Of a stretch of DNA of 64,000 bases, positions 40,021-50,775 are shown piece by piece. The DNA comes from Pelagomonas calceolata. Lineage: Eukaryota. Both the position numbers and the translations under genes were made by a program. Positions within the stretch are counted from its first letter, which is position 1. The number at the start of each line of letters is the position of its first letter. Location of the stretch: positions 4,030,001 through 4,094,000 of the forward strand of contig CAKKNE010000001.1 in assembly GCA_918797485.1 (NCBI GenBank), given 5' to 3'. The notes beneath the pieces were generated by a model that was not told the DNA's origin, made no database searches, and saw only the letters and a program-made list of their open reading frames with translations.

Positions 40021-42453
40021 ATGTTCAAGGCCCTCGTCTCGCGGGGCTCGAAGGCCCTGCAGCGTCTTGATGAGAGACTGAACGACGAGGGCGAGGAGGA
40101 CGCGTTTGAAGAGGGCTGGGGCGAGGAGGAGCGGAAAGCTCTCGAGCCCGTGTCCATCGATGATGTGGACGTCGACGATCGAGACGCGCTGCGGCGGCGC
40201 ATCAGCAAGCTGCAGGGCATGGTCGTCTCGATGGAGGAGGCCTTGGAGGCGGAGCGGACGTCGTCGCGCGACACGGCGCAGAAGCTGGGCCGCGCGCTGC
40301 AGGACGCCGCCACCGTCGACGGTTTGGTGGATGAGTACGGCAAGCTCGCGTCGGAAGCCTCGCGGTTATCCGAGCGCGACGCGCGGACCATCGCGGAGCT
40401 CGCGGCGCAGCGCGACGCGCAGCAGACGCGTTTGGCGGTCTTCGAGCGGCAATTAAATGATCAGGACGTCCAGTACGCGGCGGCGCCGTCCTCGGACTCG
40501 ACCAAAACCTTCGCGGCGCTGCGGGCGGCCAAGGCGAAGATTTTTGAGTTGGAGCTCGAACTCGTCGACGCGCGCAAGGGCGTCGAGAATGGCGCGGCGG
40601 GGCGGTTGGCATCGATGGACGCGGCGCTCGCTGCTGTAAGTGTTGATGCGGCGCGCGCGCGCCTCGAATCCAAAACGGACCCCCGCCTCGCATCTCGCGT
40701 AAAGGCGCTCGAGGCCGAGCTCGCCGCGCGGCCGGCTTCATCAACACTCCGCGACGCCGAGGCGGCGGCGGATGCACTACGGAGCGAACTGGACGTCCTA
40801 CGACGGCGCGTTGCCGACGCGGAGCGCGACGCCGCGGCGCGGCCGGCGTCCTCATTATACCAGGACGCCGTCGCGGCGCGCGACGCCGCGCGGGCCGAGG
40901 CCGATGCATTGAGGACGAAGTGCGCGGCGGCCGAGGCCGACGCCGCGGCGCGGCCGAGCGCCGGCGCGCTGCGGGACGCGGCGGACGCGCGCGATCGAGC
41001 AACGCGCGACGCGGCGGATCTGAGGAGGCGCCTTGATGAATGCGAGGGCGACCTCAAGGGCTTGCGGATACATAAGGAGGACGCCGCGAAGGCCAGGGAC
41101 GAGGCCGAGCGGAAGCTGCGGGAGCACGACGCGCGCGTGTTGCGGGCGGAGAAGTCGATCAACGACCTCGAGGCGGCCGCGGACGCGCGCGTCGCCGCCG
41201 CCGAGCAGAAGATACGGGAGTTGGAAGCAGAGAACGCGGCCCAGATCGGGGACCGCGTGGCCGCGGCGATAAGAGGAGAGCGGCTGAAGATCGAGCGCGA
41301 GTTCCGGGACGAGCTCGCGGCGGCGCGCGCGCAAGTGAAGGCCGCGGAGCGCCTCGCGGACGAGGAGCGGGACAAGCGGCGCAAGCTCCACAACCGCGTC
41401 ATGGAGCTCCAGGGCAATATTCGAGTGATGTGCCGCGCGCGGCCGCCGCGGGCCGGCGCGCCGTCGGCGCTTTTTCCGAGAGAGGGCTGCGTCAAAATAA
41501 GGCAGCCGGAGTATTGTGATGACGCGGACTTCGAGTTCGACGCGGTCTTCGACCCGACGTCGTCGCAGATTGAAGTGTTTGATAGTGTCCGGGACCTCGT
41601 GACGTCGGCGCTCGACGGGTACTCGGTGTGCATCTTCGCGTACGGCCAGACGGGGAGCGGGAAGACGTACACGATGGAGGGCCCGGCCGACAAGCGGGGT
41701 GTTAATGTAAGAGCCATCGCGCGCGTGCTCGAGGCCGCGTCCATGCGAAGTGACGGTGTCAGTTACGAACCGTTGGAAATAAGCATGCTGGAGATCTACA
41801 ACGAGCAGGTCCGCGACCTGTTGCGGCCGCCCGGCGCCGCCGCGGAGCGGCTCGAGGTCGCGACGGCGACGGGCGAGTCCGTCGTGAAGGGCCTCACGAA
41901 ACAGTCCGTGTTCACGGCCGACGAGATCGAGAAGTTGATCGCGGCCGGCGCGCGGCACCGCGCCGCGGGCGCGCACGCCCTGAACAAGGACTCGTCGCGG
42001 TCCCACTCCATCGTGACGCTGTACATTCGCGGCACGACCGCCGCCGGCGACGCGCTCTCCTCAAAACTGCATTTGGTCGACCTCGCGGGCTCGGAGCGCC
42101 TCGACAAGACGGGCGCCACGGGAGATAGGTTGACCGAGGCCAAGGCCATCAACAAGTCGTTGTCGGCTTTAGGGGATGTCCTGACGGCGCTCGCCTCCCA
42201 AAGGCGCGGCCACGTGCCCTACCGCAATTCGAAACTGACCTATTTACTCCAGGACTCGCTGAGCGGCGACTCCAAGGCCCTCATGTTCGTGAACGTGTCG
42301 ACGGACGCCGACGACGTGCCCGAGACGCTCTGCAGCCTGCGGTTTGCCGCGCGGGCCCACGACGTGGCGCTGGGGCAGGCCAAGAAGAACGTGGCGCCGG
42401 CGCGCGCGGCCTCGCCCATGGGCCGGCCGCCGCGGACGCCCGAGCGGCGGTAA
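40021..42453 (+). CDS. Kinesin-14 (C-terminal motor)
   Basis: ELQGNIRVMCR neck, FAYGQTGSGKT, SSRSH, LVDLAGSER, HVPYRNSKLT; long N-terminal coiled coil. Confidence 0.95.
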   Translation: MFKALVSRGSKALQRLDERLNDEGEEDAFEEGWGEEERKALEPVSIDDVDVDDRDALRRRISKLQGMVVSMEEALEAERTSSRDTAQKLGRALQDAATVDGLVDEYGKLASEASRLSERDARTIAELAAQRDAQQTRLAVFERQLNDQDVQYAAAPSSDSTKTFAALRAAKAKIFELELELVDARKGVENGAAGRLASMDAALAAVSVDAARARLESKTDPRLASRVKALEAELAARPASSTLRDAEAAADALRSELDVLRRRVADAERDAAARPASSLYQDAVAARDAARAEADALRTKCAAAEADAAARPSAGALRDAADARDRATRDAADLRRRLDECEGDLKGLRIHKEDAAKARDEAERKLREHDARVLRAEKSINDLEAAADARVAAAEQKIRELEAENAAQIGDRVAAAIRGERLKIEREFRDELAAARAQVKAAERLADEERDKRRKLHNRVMELQGNIRVMCRARPPRAGAPSALFPREGCVKIRQPEYCDDADFEFDAVFDPTSSQIEVFDSVRDLVTSALDGYSVCIFAYGQTGSGKTYTMEGPADKRGVNVRAIARVLEAASMRSDGVSYEPLEISMLEIYNEQVRDLLRPPGAAAERLEVATATGESVVKGLTKQSVFTADEIEKLIAAGARHRAAGAHALNKDSSRSHSIVTLYIRGTTAAGDALSSKLHLVDLAGSERLDKTGATGDRLTEAKAINKSLSALGDVLTALASQRRGHVPYRNSKLTYLLQDSLSGDSKALMFVNVSTDADDVPETLCSLRFAARAHDVALGQAKKNVAPARAASPMGRPPRTPERR

Positions 42454-42764
42454 GTTTTTTGTGCTCTTTTTTATGTTGTATGGGTGTTCCTAGTCCGAGC
42501 TGACGACTCGTGTGAGCGGTGTTTTTTTTCGCTAGTGTGTCATTGTCGCTAGCCTTTTTTTTTTTGTTGAGGTCTCGAGCCCTGGACCGCATTTGCCGTG
42601 CAGCATTTTAGACATCTCTCGCATCAGCTCATTTGCTCGCATCGCTGGCGAGATTCACGTCGCTGCTTGCTTCAAAGGAGCAGCCCAGCCGCCAGCAGCC
42701 AGTGTGCAGCGGCCACGCGGCGCAAACGCTGTCGACGCGACCATTGCCAAGCAGCACAGACAAA

Positions 42765-44033
42765 ATGGCAGCCCAGCACGACATGTCCGCGGACATCAAG
42801 CTCGCCGAGCAGAACGCGTCGAGCATAATTTTAGGCATCGACGGCGCGCCGCACGACCCGCAGAAGCTCACGGCGATGCTGCGCGAGCACGGCATGGCAC
42901 AAACTGTCATAAGCTGCGAATTGGTCCACGAACTCGCGCAGCCCAACTCCATCACGGGCGCGCTCGACCTCGCATTGGACGACGGTTCCACAAAAAGGCT
43001 CTTCGTGAAGAAGATGACGGCGGCGCAGGTCGCGCACAAGGCCTGGAACGACCGGAGGCGGTCCCTGCTCTATATGAGGAATGAGGTCCGTTTCTACTCC
43101 GAGTTCCCCGAGCTTAAGGAAAGGGGCGTGCGCTACCCTACTGTATATGGCGTCGAGGATCAACTGGAAAAAGTGACAGGTCAACTGGGCGGCGCCGTCC
43201 CCGAGGAGCCATCAGACTTATCAAAGTGCGGCGCGCTGCTCTGGATGGAGCCCGTTCTGGGGTATGACCAGGGCTCTCCGCTACCGGCGGACAAGTCCGC
43301 ATTGATATTGTCTGCCGTCGCGCGCCTGCATTCTGCGTCGTGGGAGGATACGAATCTACTGAAGAGAGCGTCCGAAAGATTGCAGCACCCGGGCGGGTCC
43401 TTCGCCCTCAAGATCCGCAACCCCGCGGAGCTCGAGAAGATCGTGGCGAATTGGGAGACTTTTGTAAAGAACTTCGCCGAGGAGGCGCCGGCCGGATTTT
43501 TTGAGAAGCGGGTCAATTTAGGCGAGCGGCTGCGGCGCGCGGCGCCCTGGGTCGCGGCGCAGCTCGCGCCGGCGCCTTCAGATAAGCACGCGTGCCTCGT
43601 CCACGGCGACCTCAAGGCGATGAACGCGTTCTTGCCGCGAGATAATCCGGACCCCGACGCGCTGCTGATCGACTTCGCGTCCACTGGTGTTGGCTACGGT
43701 ATGGCCGACGTGGCCATGCACCTGACGCACGCGCTGATGCCTGGGGACCTGCGGACGCACGAGGCCGATTTATTACAGCGCTACCTGCGGTTCCTCGGGC
43801 AAGATTATGATTCAAAACTTGCGAGGCGCCACTACGAGCTCGCGACGATCGACTACGGGCGTTTTGTTCTAGGTCGCTTCTGGGGCGCGGCGTCGCCCGA
43901 CTCGTTCTGGGAGAAGCGACACAAGAGCAACGTCGCGCTCGTGCACCGCAACGTGCCGGCGGCTTTGCACTTCGTCGAGCGCCTCGACGCCTACCTCGCG
44001 AAGTACGAAGGGGAGATAAGTTTGATAACTTAA
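42765..44033 (+). CDS. APH/choline/ecdysteroid kinase-like phosphotransferase
   Basis: NEVRFY, ARLH, LVHGDLKAMN, LIDF. Confidence 0.8.
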   Translation: MAAQHDMSADIKLAEQNASSIILGIDGAPHDPQKLTAMLREHGMAQTVISCELVHELAQPNSITGALDLALDDGSTKRLFVKKMTAAQVAHKAWNDRRRSLLYMRNEVRFYSEFPELKERGVRYPTVYGVEDQLEKVTGQLGGAVPEEPSDLSKCGALLWMEPVLGYDQGSPLPADKSALILSAVARLHSASWEDTNLLKRASERLQHPGGSFALKIRNPAELEKIVANWETFVKNFAEEAPAGFFEKRVNLGERLRRAAPWVAAQLAPAPSDKHACLVHGDLKAMNAFLPRDNPDPDALLIDFASTGVGYGMADVAMHLTHALMPGDLRTHEADLLQRYLRFLGQDYDSKLARRHYELATIDYGRFVLGRFWGAASPDSFWEKRHKSNVALVHRNVPAALHFVERLDAYLAKYEGEISLIT

Positions 44034-44480
44034 GGTCCCGGGTTATCCAGCGCGAGCAGGTGCTCTTCAGGTATCGCGAGGGGCTCGCACTTGTATTTGC
44101 CCTTGCCCGTCCGATGGTGGTGCTTGCAGAAGAACTGGTCGCACTTGCGGTCGACCCACTCCTTCTGGCCGTCCGTCTGCCTGCGCGCAATTCAACCAGG
44201 TGAGTCGGGTGCACGTCTGGAAGCGCCGTGAATTTGATTCGTGCGCCGCCGTCTGCAGCGTGCCGAACGAGGTCCCGGGCTTGACGTGGTGCGCGTGCTT
44301 GTTCGAGCGGCACCAGGCCTCGTCGTCGTGCGTCGCCATGGCCGCGAGGTGGTGCGCGGCGCGCGTGCGGGCGTTCAGGCGCCGTCGCTCGCGGTCGTCG
44401 GCCGCGCCGCGGAGGCGCGCGGCGGCGGCCGTCGTGGCCACGATCGTGGCCGCGAGGAGGCACGCGAGGGCGCGTCGCAT
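44030..44480 (-). CDS. Small secreted Cys-containing protein; 2 exons (44480-44257, 44180-44030)
   Basis: Signal peptide; WC....H.VKPG.SFG.L|Q...QKEW...KCDQFFC after splicing (375 nt). Confidence 0.7.
44181..44256 (-). mobile_element. Mini introner (76-nt GC-AG intron)
   Basis: Degenerate TIRs spanning 44181-44248; perfect TSD CCGTCTGC at 44173-44180 and 44249-44256. Confidence 0.88.
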
Positions 44481-44801
44481 CTCTGCTGGGGGCAGCAAGA
44501 TCCGTGGATGTGTTGTGAGCGTCCCCAGCGCCCCGGGCAGCCCCTTAAAACTCGCCCGGCTCGTCCAGGCAGCTGCTCTGACGATGAATCGGAGCCGGCG
44601 GTGTCCTGGCGACCAGTAAATCACCCTCCAAAGCCAAAGCGCCGGCAGCCAAACACTAGCGTGGCGTGACATACTAGGGAAAAGTTGCAAAATTAAATTT
44701 TGTGTCCAGCAGCCTCGTGCATGCCATCGACGGACTGCGCACGGCACAAGACTTTCCTCGGCCAGACATTACTCCTTAGACGCCGTCGACGCTGCCCCGA
44801 T

Positions 44802-46361
44802 ATGATGCGCCTGCTCGCAACCTTGCTGGCCGTGGAAGCGACCTATCCGGGCCCCCACCGCGGCTACCGGGGCATGCCCGAGACGGAGCGCATCGAATTT
44901 TATGAGAGGAACGGGTATCGCTGGCCCCCAACCAAAGCGACGCAGGGCTGGCCGCCCGTCGCACGGAAGGAGTCGGCCGCGTACAAAAAGTCCAGGGACG
45001 AGATGGAGGCGTGGATCCGGCGGAATTTGACGACGTACAAGGCGACCTGGGACGAGTGGTCCAGCATGGTTCAATCTAGGGCGATGCCCCGCTTCACGGA
45101 GAAGGGTTTCGCGGTCGTCGACTATAGTGATACGGAGTTCTACAGAGAGCTCAAGGCGCAGTACGATAAGAACGTGAGGGACCCCGTCGCCTTCTCGCAA
45201 CTACGAAAGGAGAAGATGCAGGGCACGGGGAATGCTCGATTTTATTCACAATCGCAATTGAACGCAAAGTTGTTGGACGGACTGAGACCGAACCTCGAAG
45301 AGTGGAGCGGGATTGAGCTGCAGAACGGCCAGTCCTACGGCGTCCGCGTCTACGGGGAAGGTTCCACATTGGTCAACCACATCGATAGATGTGAAACACA
45401 TGTAATTAGCGCGATCTTCCACATCGACCACGACCTCGACGAGCCCTGGCCGCTGGAGATTGAAGACCACGACGGCAATTGGCACGAGGTCAAACTCTGT
45501 GTGGAAATCAACCAGTGTGTCAGGTGCACTGGTAATTCTTCACTAAGTCATTTTGCGGCGATGACGCGGCCATGCTGGCTCCGTCGAGCGGTGAGGAACC
45601 GGCATCGCCACGTCATCGAGCAGGCGTCGTGTCGATGGCGTGGAGGTCAACGCGACGATTTAGCACGTACGCGCCGTAAAATTTTGATTTTCACACAGGT
45701 CAACCTCAAGCCCGGCGAGGTTTGTTATTATGAGTCCGCGAAGCAGTACCACGCGCGCTTGCAGCCGATGCGGGGCCGCGCCTACGCCAGCGTGTTTTTA
45801 CACTGGTTCCCGGCCCAAAATTGGAACTGGACGATGTGGGACGGCCACGTCATGGTGCCGCCGGACTTTGAAGAGAAGGAGGCGTCGGGCTTCTTCCGGC
45901 GGAGGGCCGTCGCGAACGCGGGGCCGCCGCCCTTCCTGCGGCATTTTGATGCTTATTGGTCGAAAAGGGGGCGGCCTTCCCCATCATTGCCGCGCGGCGT
46001 CGAGAACCCCGTCCAGGAGTACGAGGGCTTCGGCGCGCCGTCGCCGACGCCCGAGGAGACGCAGCGCTTGCGCGTGGTGAATGCGGCGGCGGCGCGCAAG
46101 CACGCGCAGCGGGGGGACGTGGCGGAGCTGCACGCGCTGCTGGACCGCGTGGCCGTCGACTTCTTGGACGACGGCGACGAGAACGGCTGGACAGCTTTAC
46201 ATGAAGCGGCCCGGAGCGGCCACGCCGACGTCTTGAGGCTCCTCGTCGCCAAGGGCGCCGACGCGGCCAAAAGGACGAAGTACGGCCAGAGCGTCCATGA
46301 CATCGCCCGCGACGCGCACGACGCGGACCACCCGGCCATGCGGTTCCTGGGGGAGTTGTGA
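44802..46361 (+). CDS. 2OG-Fe(II) oxygenase-like protein with C-terminal ankyrin repeat; 2 exons (44802-45488, 45699-46361)
   Basis: YGVRVY..GS.L..HID...THVISAI, YESAK..H.R, DENGWTALHEAARSG. Confidence 0.8.
   Translation: MMRLLATLLAVEATYPGPHRGYRGMPETERIEFYERNGYRWPPTKATQGWPPVARKESAAYKKSRDEMEAWIRRNLTTYKATWDEWSSMVQSRAMPRFTEKGFAVVDYSDTEFYRELKAQYDKNVRDPVAFSQLRKEKMQGTGNARFYSQSQLNAKLLDGLRPNLEEWSGIELQNGQSYGVRVYGEGSTLVNHIDRCETHVISAIFHIDHDLDEPWPLEIEDHDGNWHEVKLCVEINQCVRCTGNSSLSHFAAMTRPCWLRRAVRNRHRHVIEQASCRWRGGQRDDLARTRRKILIFTQVNLKPGEVCYYESAKQYHARLQPMRGRAYASVFLHWFPAQNWNWTMWDGHVMVPPDFEEKEASGFFRRRAVANAGPPPFLRHFDAYWSKRGRPSPSLPRGVENPVQEYEGFGAPSPTPEETQRLRVVNAAAARKHAQRGDVAELHALLDRVAVDFLDDGDENGWTALHEAARSGHADVLRLLVAKGADAAKRTKYGQSVHDIARDAHDADHPAMRFLGEL
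45489..45698 (+). mobile_element. Introner (210-nt GT-AG intron, in frame and stop-free)
   Basis: TIRs spanning 45497-45698; TSD GTCAAACT / GTCAACCT (1 mismatch). Confidence 0.95.
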
Positions 46362-46375
46362 GTAAAATCCAAATA

Positions 46376-46774
46376 TTAGCCTTGCGGGGGTATCTGCGAG
46401 CCCCCCTCGCCGGGCGCCGTCGCTCTGCAGCTAATACGCTTGTCCCTCAAAAACTGCATGATCTGCGGCGGCATCTCGCCCTCGAGCCGCATGGCGTAGA
46501 CGCCCGGCAAATTTCGCGAGATGCCCTCCCAGCGCGCGACCCAGGAGTCGTCGGGCTTCATCATCGCGACCATCCCTTCAAAATTGGAGGTCGTGCAGCT
46601 CTGGACGCGGTCCTGCCGCTCGGCCAATTCGAGGAAGGGACAGTTCTCGCAGCCCTCCGCATAAAACTGATCAAAACACTTCACGAGGCCGCACCGGAGG
46701 CAGGCCCGGTGGCCCTTCATCGAGTTCGGCACGTCGGCCATCTCGCGGTCGGCGTCGTCCACTAGAGCGGCCAT
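46376..46774 (-). CDS. SPT4: Transcription elongation factor Spt4
   Basis: RACLRCGLVK..DQF...GCENC, CTTSNFEG, SWVARW, PGVYA. Confidence 0.95.
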   Translation of the reverse strand: MAALVDDADREMADVPNSMKGHRACLRCGLVKCFDQFYAEGCENCPFLELAERQDRVQSCTTSNFEGMVAMMKPDDSWVARWEGISRNLPGVYAMRLEGEMPPQIMQFLRDKRISCRATAPGEGGSQIPPQG

Positions 46775-47295
46775 GGTCTATTTATGCGCTCGCGGCGGCG
46801 GCGTGAGGGCGCGCGCCGCGGCGGCAGCGATGCCGCAGCGGCGGCGAGATTGTAGCTTGGGAGCGTCTACGCGGCGCAGCGATGCGCGCAGCCGGCGTAG
46901 CGGTTTGGATCACAACGTAGCGTACTCCTAGTCAGCTTTTTTGCGCTTCAGTTAAGCTGTATACGACGCGCGAGAGACGCCGCGCCTCGTGCTTTGCTGG
47001 CTAGTGTGTCTTACAGTCGGTAGCTGCGGGATGTCTGCGAGCTGTTGGACGTATTGGAGACGCGTACGGCACATACTAATACTACTAGACCGTCTCTAAG
47101 GCTCAGCTCCAAACAGCCCCAATTATTTCAGGCATCCATCCTCTCCCAAAAGCCGACACGACGTGTACGCTCGCCGCCGACCCCCGTTGCAAGCAAAGCT
47201 GTCGGTGCATCGCTAACACTCTTGCAAGCTGCCAACGCAAGGAAATTGCACGCCGCCACCGCTGCGCATCCAGCACAAACACAAATCGAAAAAAA

Positions 47296-48729
47296 ATGCG
47301 TTTCATCAAGGAGTGTTTTCAGCGCCCGCCCGAGGAGGGCAAGGGCCCCTGGCCCCACCGCGCCGCCGAGCCCTGGCGTAGTATGAACAAAGTAGGAGAC
47401 AGAGAGGGCGTCGACGAGCTCTTCCAGGCCGGCGAGACGTCCGAAGCGCCTCTTGAGCTAGATAGGGATACGCTGAGCGGCGACCTCGGCCCGCTCAAGT
47501 ACAAGAAGTACGACTTGTTGATTGTCGGCTGTGGCTTATCCGGTTGTGTGCTAGCTGAGCGCTGTTCGAGAGAACTGGGAATGACGTCACTCATTATCGA
47601 TGTCAGAGACCACATCGGAGGCAACTGCTACGATTATCTGGACGAAGCAGGCATCCGCTGTAGTAAGTACGGCGCGCACTTGTTCCATACGAAATATGAA
47701 AGAGTGTGGAAGTACGTGACACGCTTTAGCGAGTGGATGGCTAATGATCACAGGGTCAGGGGCATGGTGCCCGACTTCGAGGGCGTGAAGAAGCTGGTGC
47801 CGATTCCGCCGACGCAGGAGACGGTCAACACCCTATTTCCCGACGCCAACATCAATTCAGAGGACGACATGCTGCGGTGGTACGAGGGCCAGCGCGTCAA
47901 GCCGTCAAGTGGTGAAGCGAAGAACGGGGAGGAGGCCGCTCTATCTCGAGTCGGACCTCTCTTATACGAGCGCATCTTCAAGCACTACACGAAGAAGCAG
48001 TGGGACAAGTATCCCGCGGAATTAGACGCCTCGGTGCTGATGCGCTTGCCTTGTAGAACGTCGACGGACGACCGCTACTTCGGCGACGCCTGGCAGGCAT
48101 TGCCCGTTCGCGGTTATACGCGTATTTTTGAAAATATGCTGCTCAGGGACCCCAAAATTACCATCAAGCTCAATGTCGACTTCTTCGCCGCTAGAGAGGC
48201 TGGGCTGTTGCCCGCGCATGGCAAGCTCGTCTTCACGGGCCCCATCGACGCCTACTTCGCGGCCCAGGGCCTCCCGAAGCTCGAGTACCGCTCTTTAAGA
48301 TTTGAGGAGGAGTTCATTGAAGAGCCCGAGGACGGCTTCTACCAGCCCGCGTTCGTCGTCAACCACCCCTCGTCCGACGTGCCCTTCACGCGCATCGTCG
48401 AGTACAAGCACGTGCCGAACCAACCTAGCAATGTCAAGGCAGGTCAAGTCAAGGGCACGCGCATCGCCAAGGAATATAGTTCCGCGGAGGGCGACCCGTA
48501 CTACCCCGTGCCGAACCCGGAAAACCGCGCGTTGTACGAACGTTACAGACAGTTGGCCGAGAAGGAGTCGGACGTCTGCTTCGTCGGCCGGTTAGCGTCC
48601 TACAAGTACTTCAACATGGACCAGGCCATCCTCAACGCGCTGGAGATGTTCGACTCGCTCAAGGAGTCCGGGAAATTGCAGCCGAAGCGGCGGCCCGAGG
48701 ACTTCGGGCCCGGCGACGGGCCGAAGTAG
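47296..48729 (+). CDS. glf: UDP-galactopyranose mutase, bacterial-type
   Basis: IVGCGLSG, RDHIGGNCYD, YGAHLFHT, YTKKQW, TRIVEYKH, PYYP, GRLASYKYFNMDQA. Confidence 0.93.
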   Translation: MRFIKECFQRPPEEGKGPWPHRAAEPWRSMNKVGDREGVDELFQAGETSEAPLELDRDTLSGDLGPLKYKKYDLLIVGCGLSGCVLAERCSRELGMTSLIIDVRDHIGGNCYDYLDEAGIRCSKYGAHLFHTKYERVWKYVTRFSEWMANDHRVRGMVPDFEGVKKLVPIPPTQETVNTLFPDANINSEDDMLRWYEGQRVKPSSGEAKNGEEAALSRVGPLLYERIFKHYTKKQWDKYPAELDASVLMRLPCRTSTDDRYFGDAWQALPVRGYTRIFENMLLRDPKITIKLNVDFFAAREAGLLPAHGKLVFTGPIDAYFAAQGLPKLEYRSLRFEEEFIEEPEDGFYQPAFVVNHPSSDVPFTRIVEYKHVPNQPSNVKAGQVKGTRIAKEYSSAEGDPYYPVPNPENRALYERYRQLAEKESDVCFVGRLASYKYFNMDQAILNALEMFDSLKESGKLQPKRRPEDFGPGDGPK

Positions 48730-49224
48730 GTCCCCATTCCTGCCCTAAGGACCTTTATACGTTCTTTCGCGTCGGCGGCGCGTCCCGAGGGGCCTTATTC
48801 CTGCGCCGCGGCGCGTCGATGGCGTCGGGGGTGGGGACATTCGCGCGGCGTATATTCTCTGTTGCAAGCTCGCACGCGCCAGGACTAGTGGGCAGAGCCC
48901 AGATGCGGAGCCCCGGCGTCCCGCGCGGGTCAGATGCGCGGGTCGTGTCCTCGACGCCGACGCCGGTTGCCGCTCGCACGCGTACCAGTGCGTCACGCAC
49001 GCTGCGAAACGTCGTCATACGCTTCCTGCGCACCGCGCATTTTCGAAACCCGGAGGCTCAGATCCACGGACACGCCATCCAACTTGGCCTCTTCCGCGTG
49101 CGTACAGGGGATCTGGCCGCGAGGCGCAGCCCTTCCCCGCTTGTAATTGGGATCCATCTCACCTGTACTGCGTCTGTGCGCCGGCGCAGCCCGCGCGCCG
49201 CATCGAGAAGGCGCCTCCACAGCC

Positions 49225-50322
49225 ATGACGGGTAAAACTTTTATAGCGCCCCTAGCGCCGGCCACGCCGACCAAGAAGACGCCAGAGGAGGCGCCGGCGA
49301 CGCCGGAGGCCGTGCGCGTCGAGCCCCAGCTGGCCGGCGGCGAGAGCTGGGGCGATGGGCTCGAGGCGATCAAGTCCAACAATGTGGTGGTGGGTTTGAA
49401 TCTGATCCAGCCGGCGGAATCACACGCGTGTCGGCCCGCGCGCGCGTCGGACGAGGACCTGAATGAGAGCCGGGAGGCGGATGTGGTTGTCGAGGCACCG
49501 CTCGGCCCTTTGCTGTTCCGGGGCAAGATGCCCACGTCCAGGATACTCTGCGAACGAGCGGGCAGCAAGGTCTGCGTGGGCAAGTCGCGAGGCAAGAAAT
49601 GTGTGGTCAAGACCTTCTCCCCGAAGACCGCGGCTGCTGGTTGCCGGGAACTCGTGTTACTGAAAGCTGCGCAAGGTCCTAGAATAGTGCAGTTGCTCGG
49701 CGCGGCCTTTGCCCAAACACAGCCGACCATAGTGATGGAGTTTTGTAGCCGAGGAACGCTAGATGACGCTGTGAGGAACTGGCTGGATGTAAGAGGCGCA
49801 AGGAGGGTCGCTGCACATGTCGCGGAAGCCTTGGCGCACTTACACTCGTTACGGCCGGCAATAGTCCATAGAGACGTGAAACCCAAAAACGTGCTGATCT
49901 GTCGGGACGGTTCCGCAAAATTGGCAGATTTTGGACTGGCGCGACCCTTCCCCGGAAGAACAGCCAATGATCAATATGTGATGACGGGCGAGACGGGGAC
50001 CGTACGATGGATGGCGCCGGAAGCGTTTCGAGGCGACCCCTACTCGCTGAAAGTTGATATATACTCGTGGGCCATGGTAGCATGGTTTGCCCTGTGCGGG
50101 CAGGCGCCCTACGCGGAAAAAACTTTGAAGGACCTGCGGCGGACGCACCTCGAGCTGCACGACCGGCCTCCTTTGAAGGGCCGGCCAACCAATAGTGGAG
50201 TGGCGTCTCTGTTGAGCCTGGCGTGGGCCGAGGCGCCCGGCGACCGGCCCGAGGCCGCGTCTCTTTCTAGAGCGCTGGCGCCCTTCTCCGTGAAAAGGCG
50301 GCGGCTCCTGCCGTTCTGGTAG
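49225..50322 (+). CDS. TKL-group protein kinase
   Basis: HRDVKPKN, ADFGLAR, MTGETGTVRWMAPE, DIYSW; Gly-rich loop degenerate. Confidence 0.88.
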   Translation: MTGKTFIAPLAPATPTKKTPEEAPATPEAVRVEPQLAGGESWGDGLEAIKSNNVVVGLNLIQPAESHACRPARASDEDLNESREADVVVEAPLGPLLFRGKMPTSRILCERAGSKVCVGKSRGKKCVVKTFSPKTAAAGCRELVLLKAAQGPRIVQLLGAAFAQTQPTIVMEFCSRGTLDDAVRNWLDVRGARRVAAHVAEALAHLHSLRPAIVHRDVKPKNVLICRDGSAKLADFGLARPFPGRTANDQYVMTGETGTVRWMAPEAFRGDPYSLKVDIYSWAMVAWFALCGQAPYAEKTLKDLRRTHLELHDRPPLKGRPTNSGVASLLSLAWAEAPGDRPEAASLSRALAPFSVKRRRLLPFW

Positions 50323-50469
50323 GAAAACATTCCCGAGTCCTTGTTGTGGACCAAAGACCGCGGGCTGGCGGCGCGCCGGTTTCGTACGCGCGCCCGAGGA
50401 CGTCCAGCTAGCAACTTCCCCTTCTCTTCTGCTGTAAATAAAATTACCTAAAAGCCAACCATACATTTC

Positions 50470-50656
50470 CGGTTATGGTAACCGTACCGACCGTACCGTA
50501 CCTGTACGTACCTGGCTGGTACCTGGCTGGTACCGAGCCACAAAATCCAAAGCCGGCACCGCGTCTATTTATCGAGACGGCGAGACTGGGCGCAACAAGA
50601 GTCAGCGCAGACCAAAAAGGCCGACACCGCGTCGTATCTATCGAGACGGCGAGTCT
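50470..50656. repeat. Intergenic GTACC-rich simple repeat plus ~36-bp imperfect direct repeat (50552-50587, 50620-50656)
   Basis: ACCGTACCG and GTACCTGGCTG repeats; two copies of CACCGCGTC..TAT.TATCGAGACGGCGAG. Confidence 0.7.
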
Positions 50657-50775
50657 CAGACAGGCGCAAAACAGGCTGACTCCTGGCTGAGTCTAATTAC
50701 TAAAAATTCGATTGCCATACGCAAGGCAAGATAAGCACTCGCTCGCGGACAAACAGAGATTGAGTACTTAAACAA

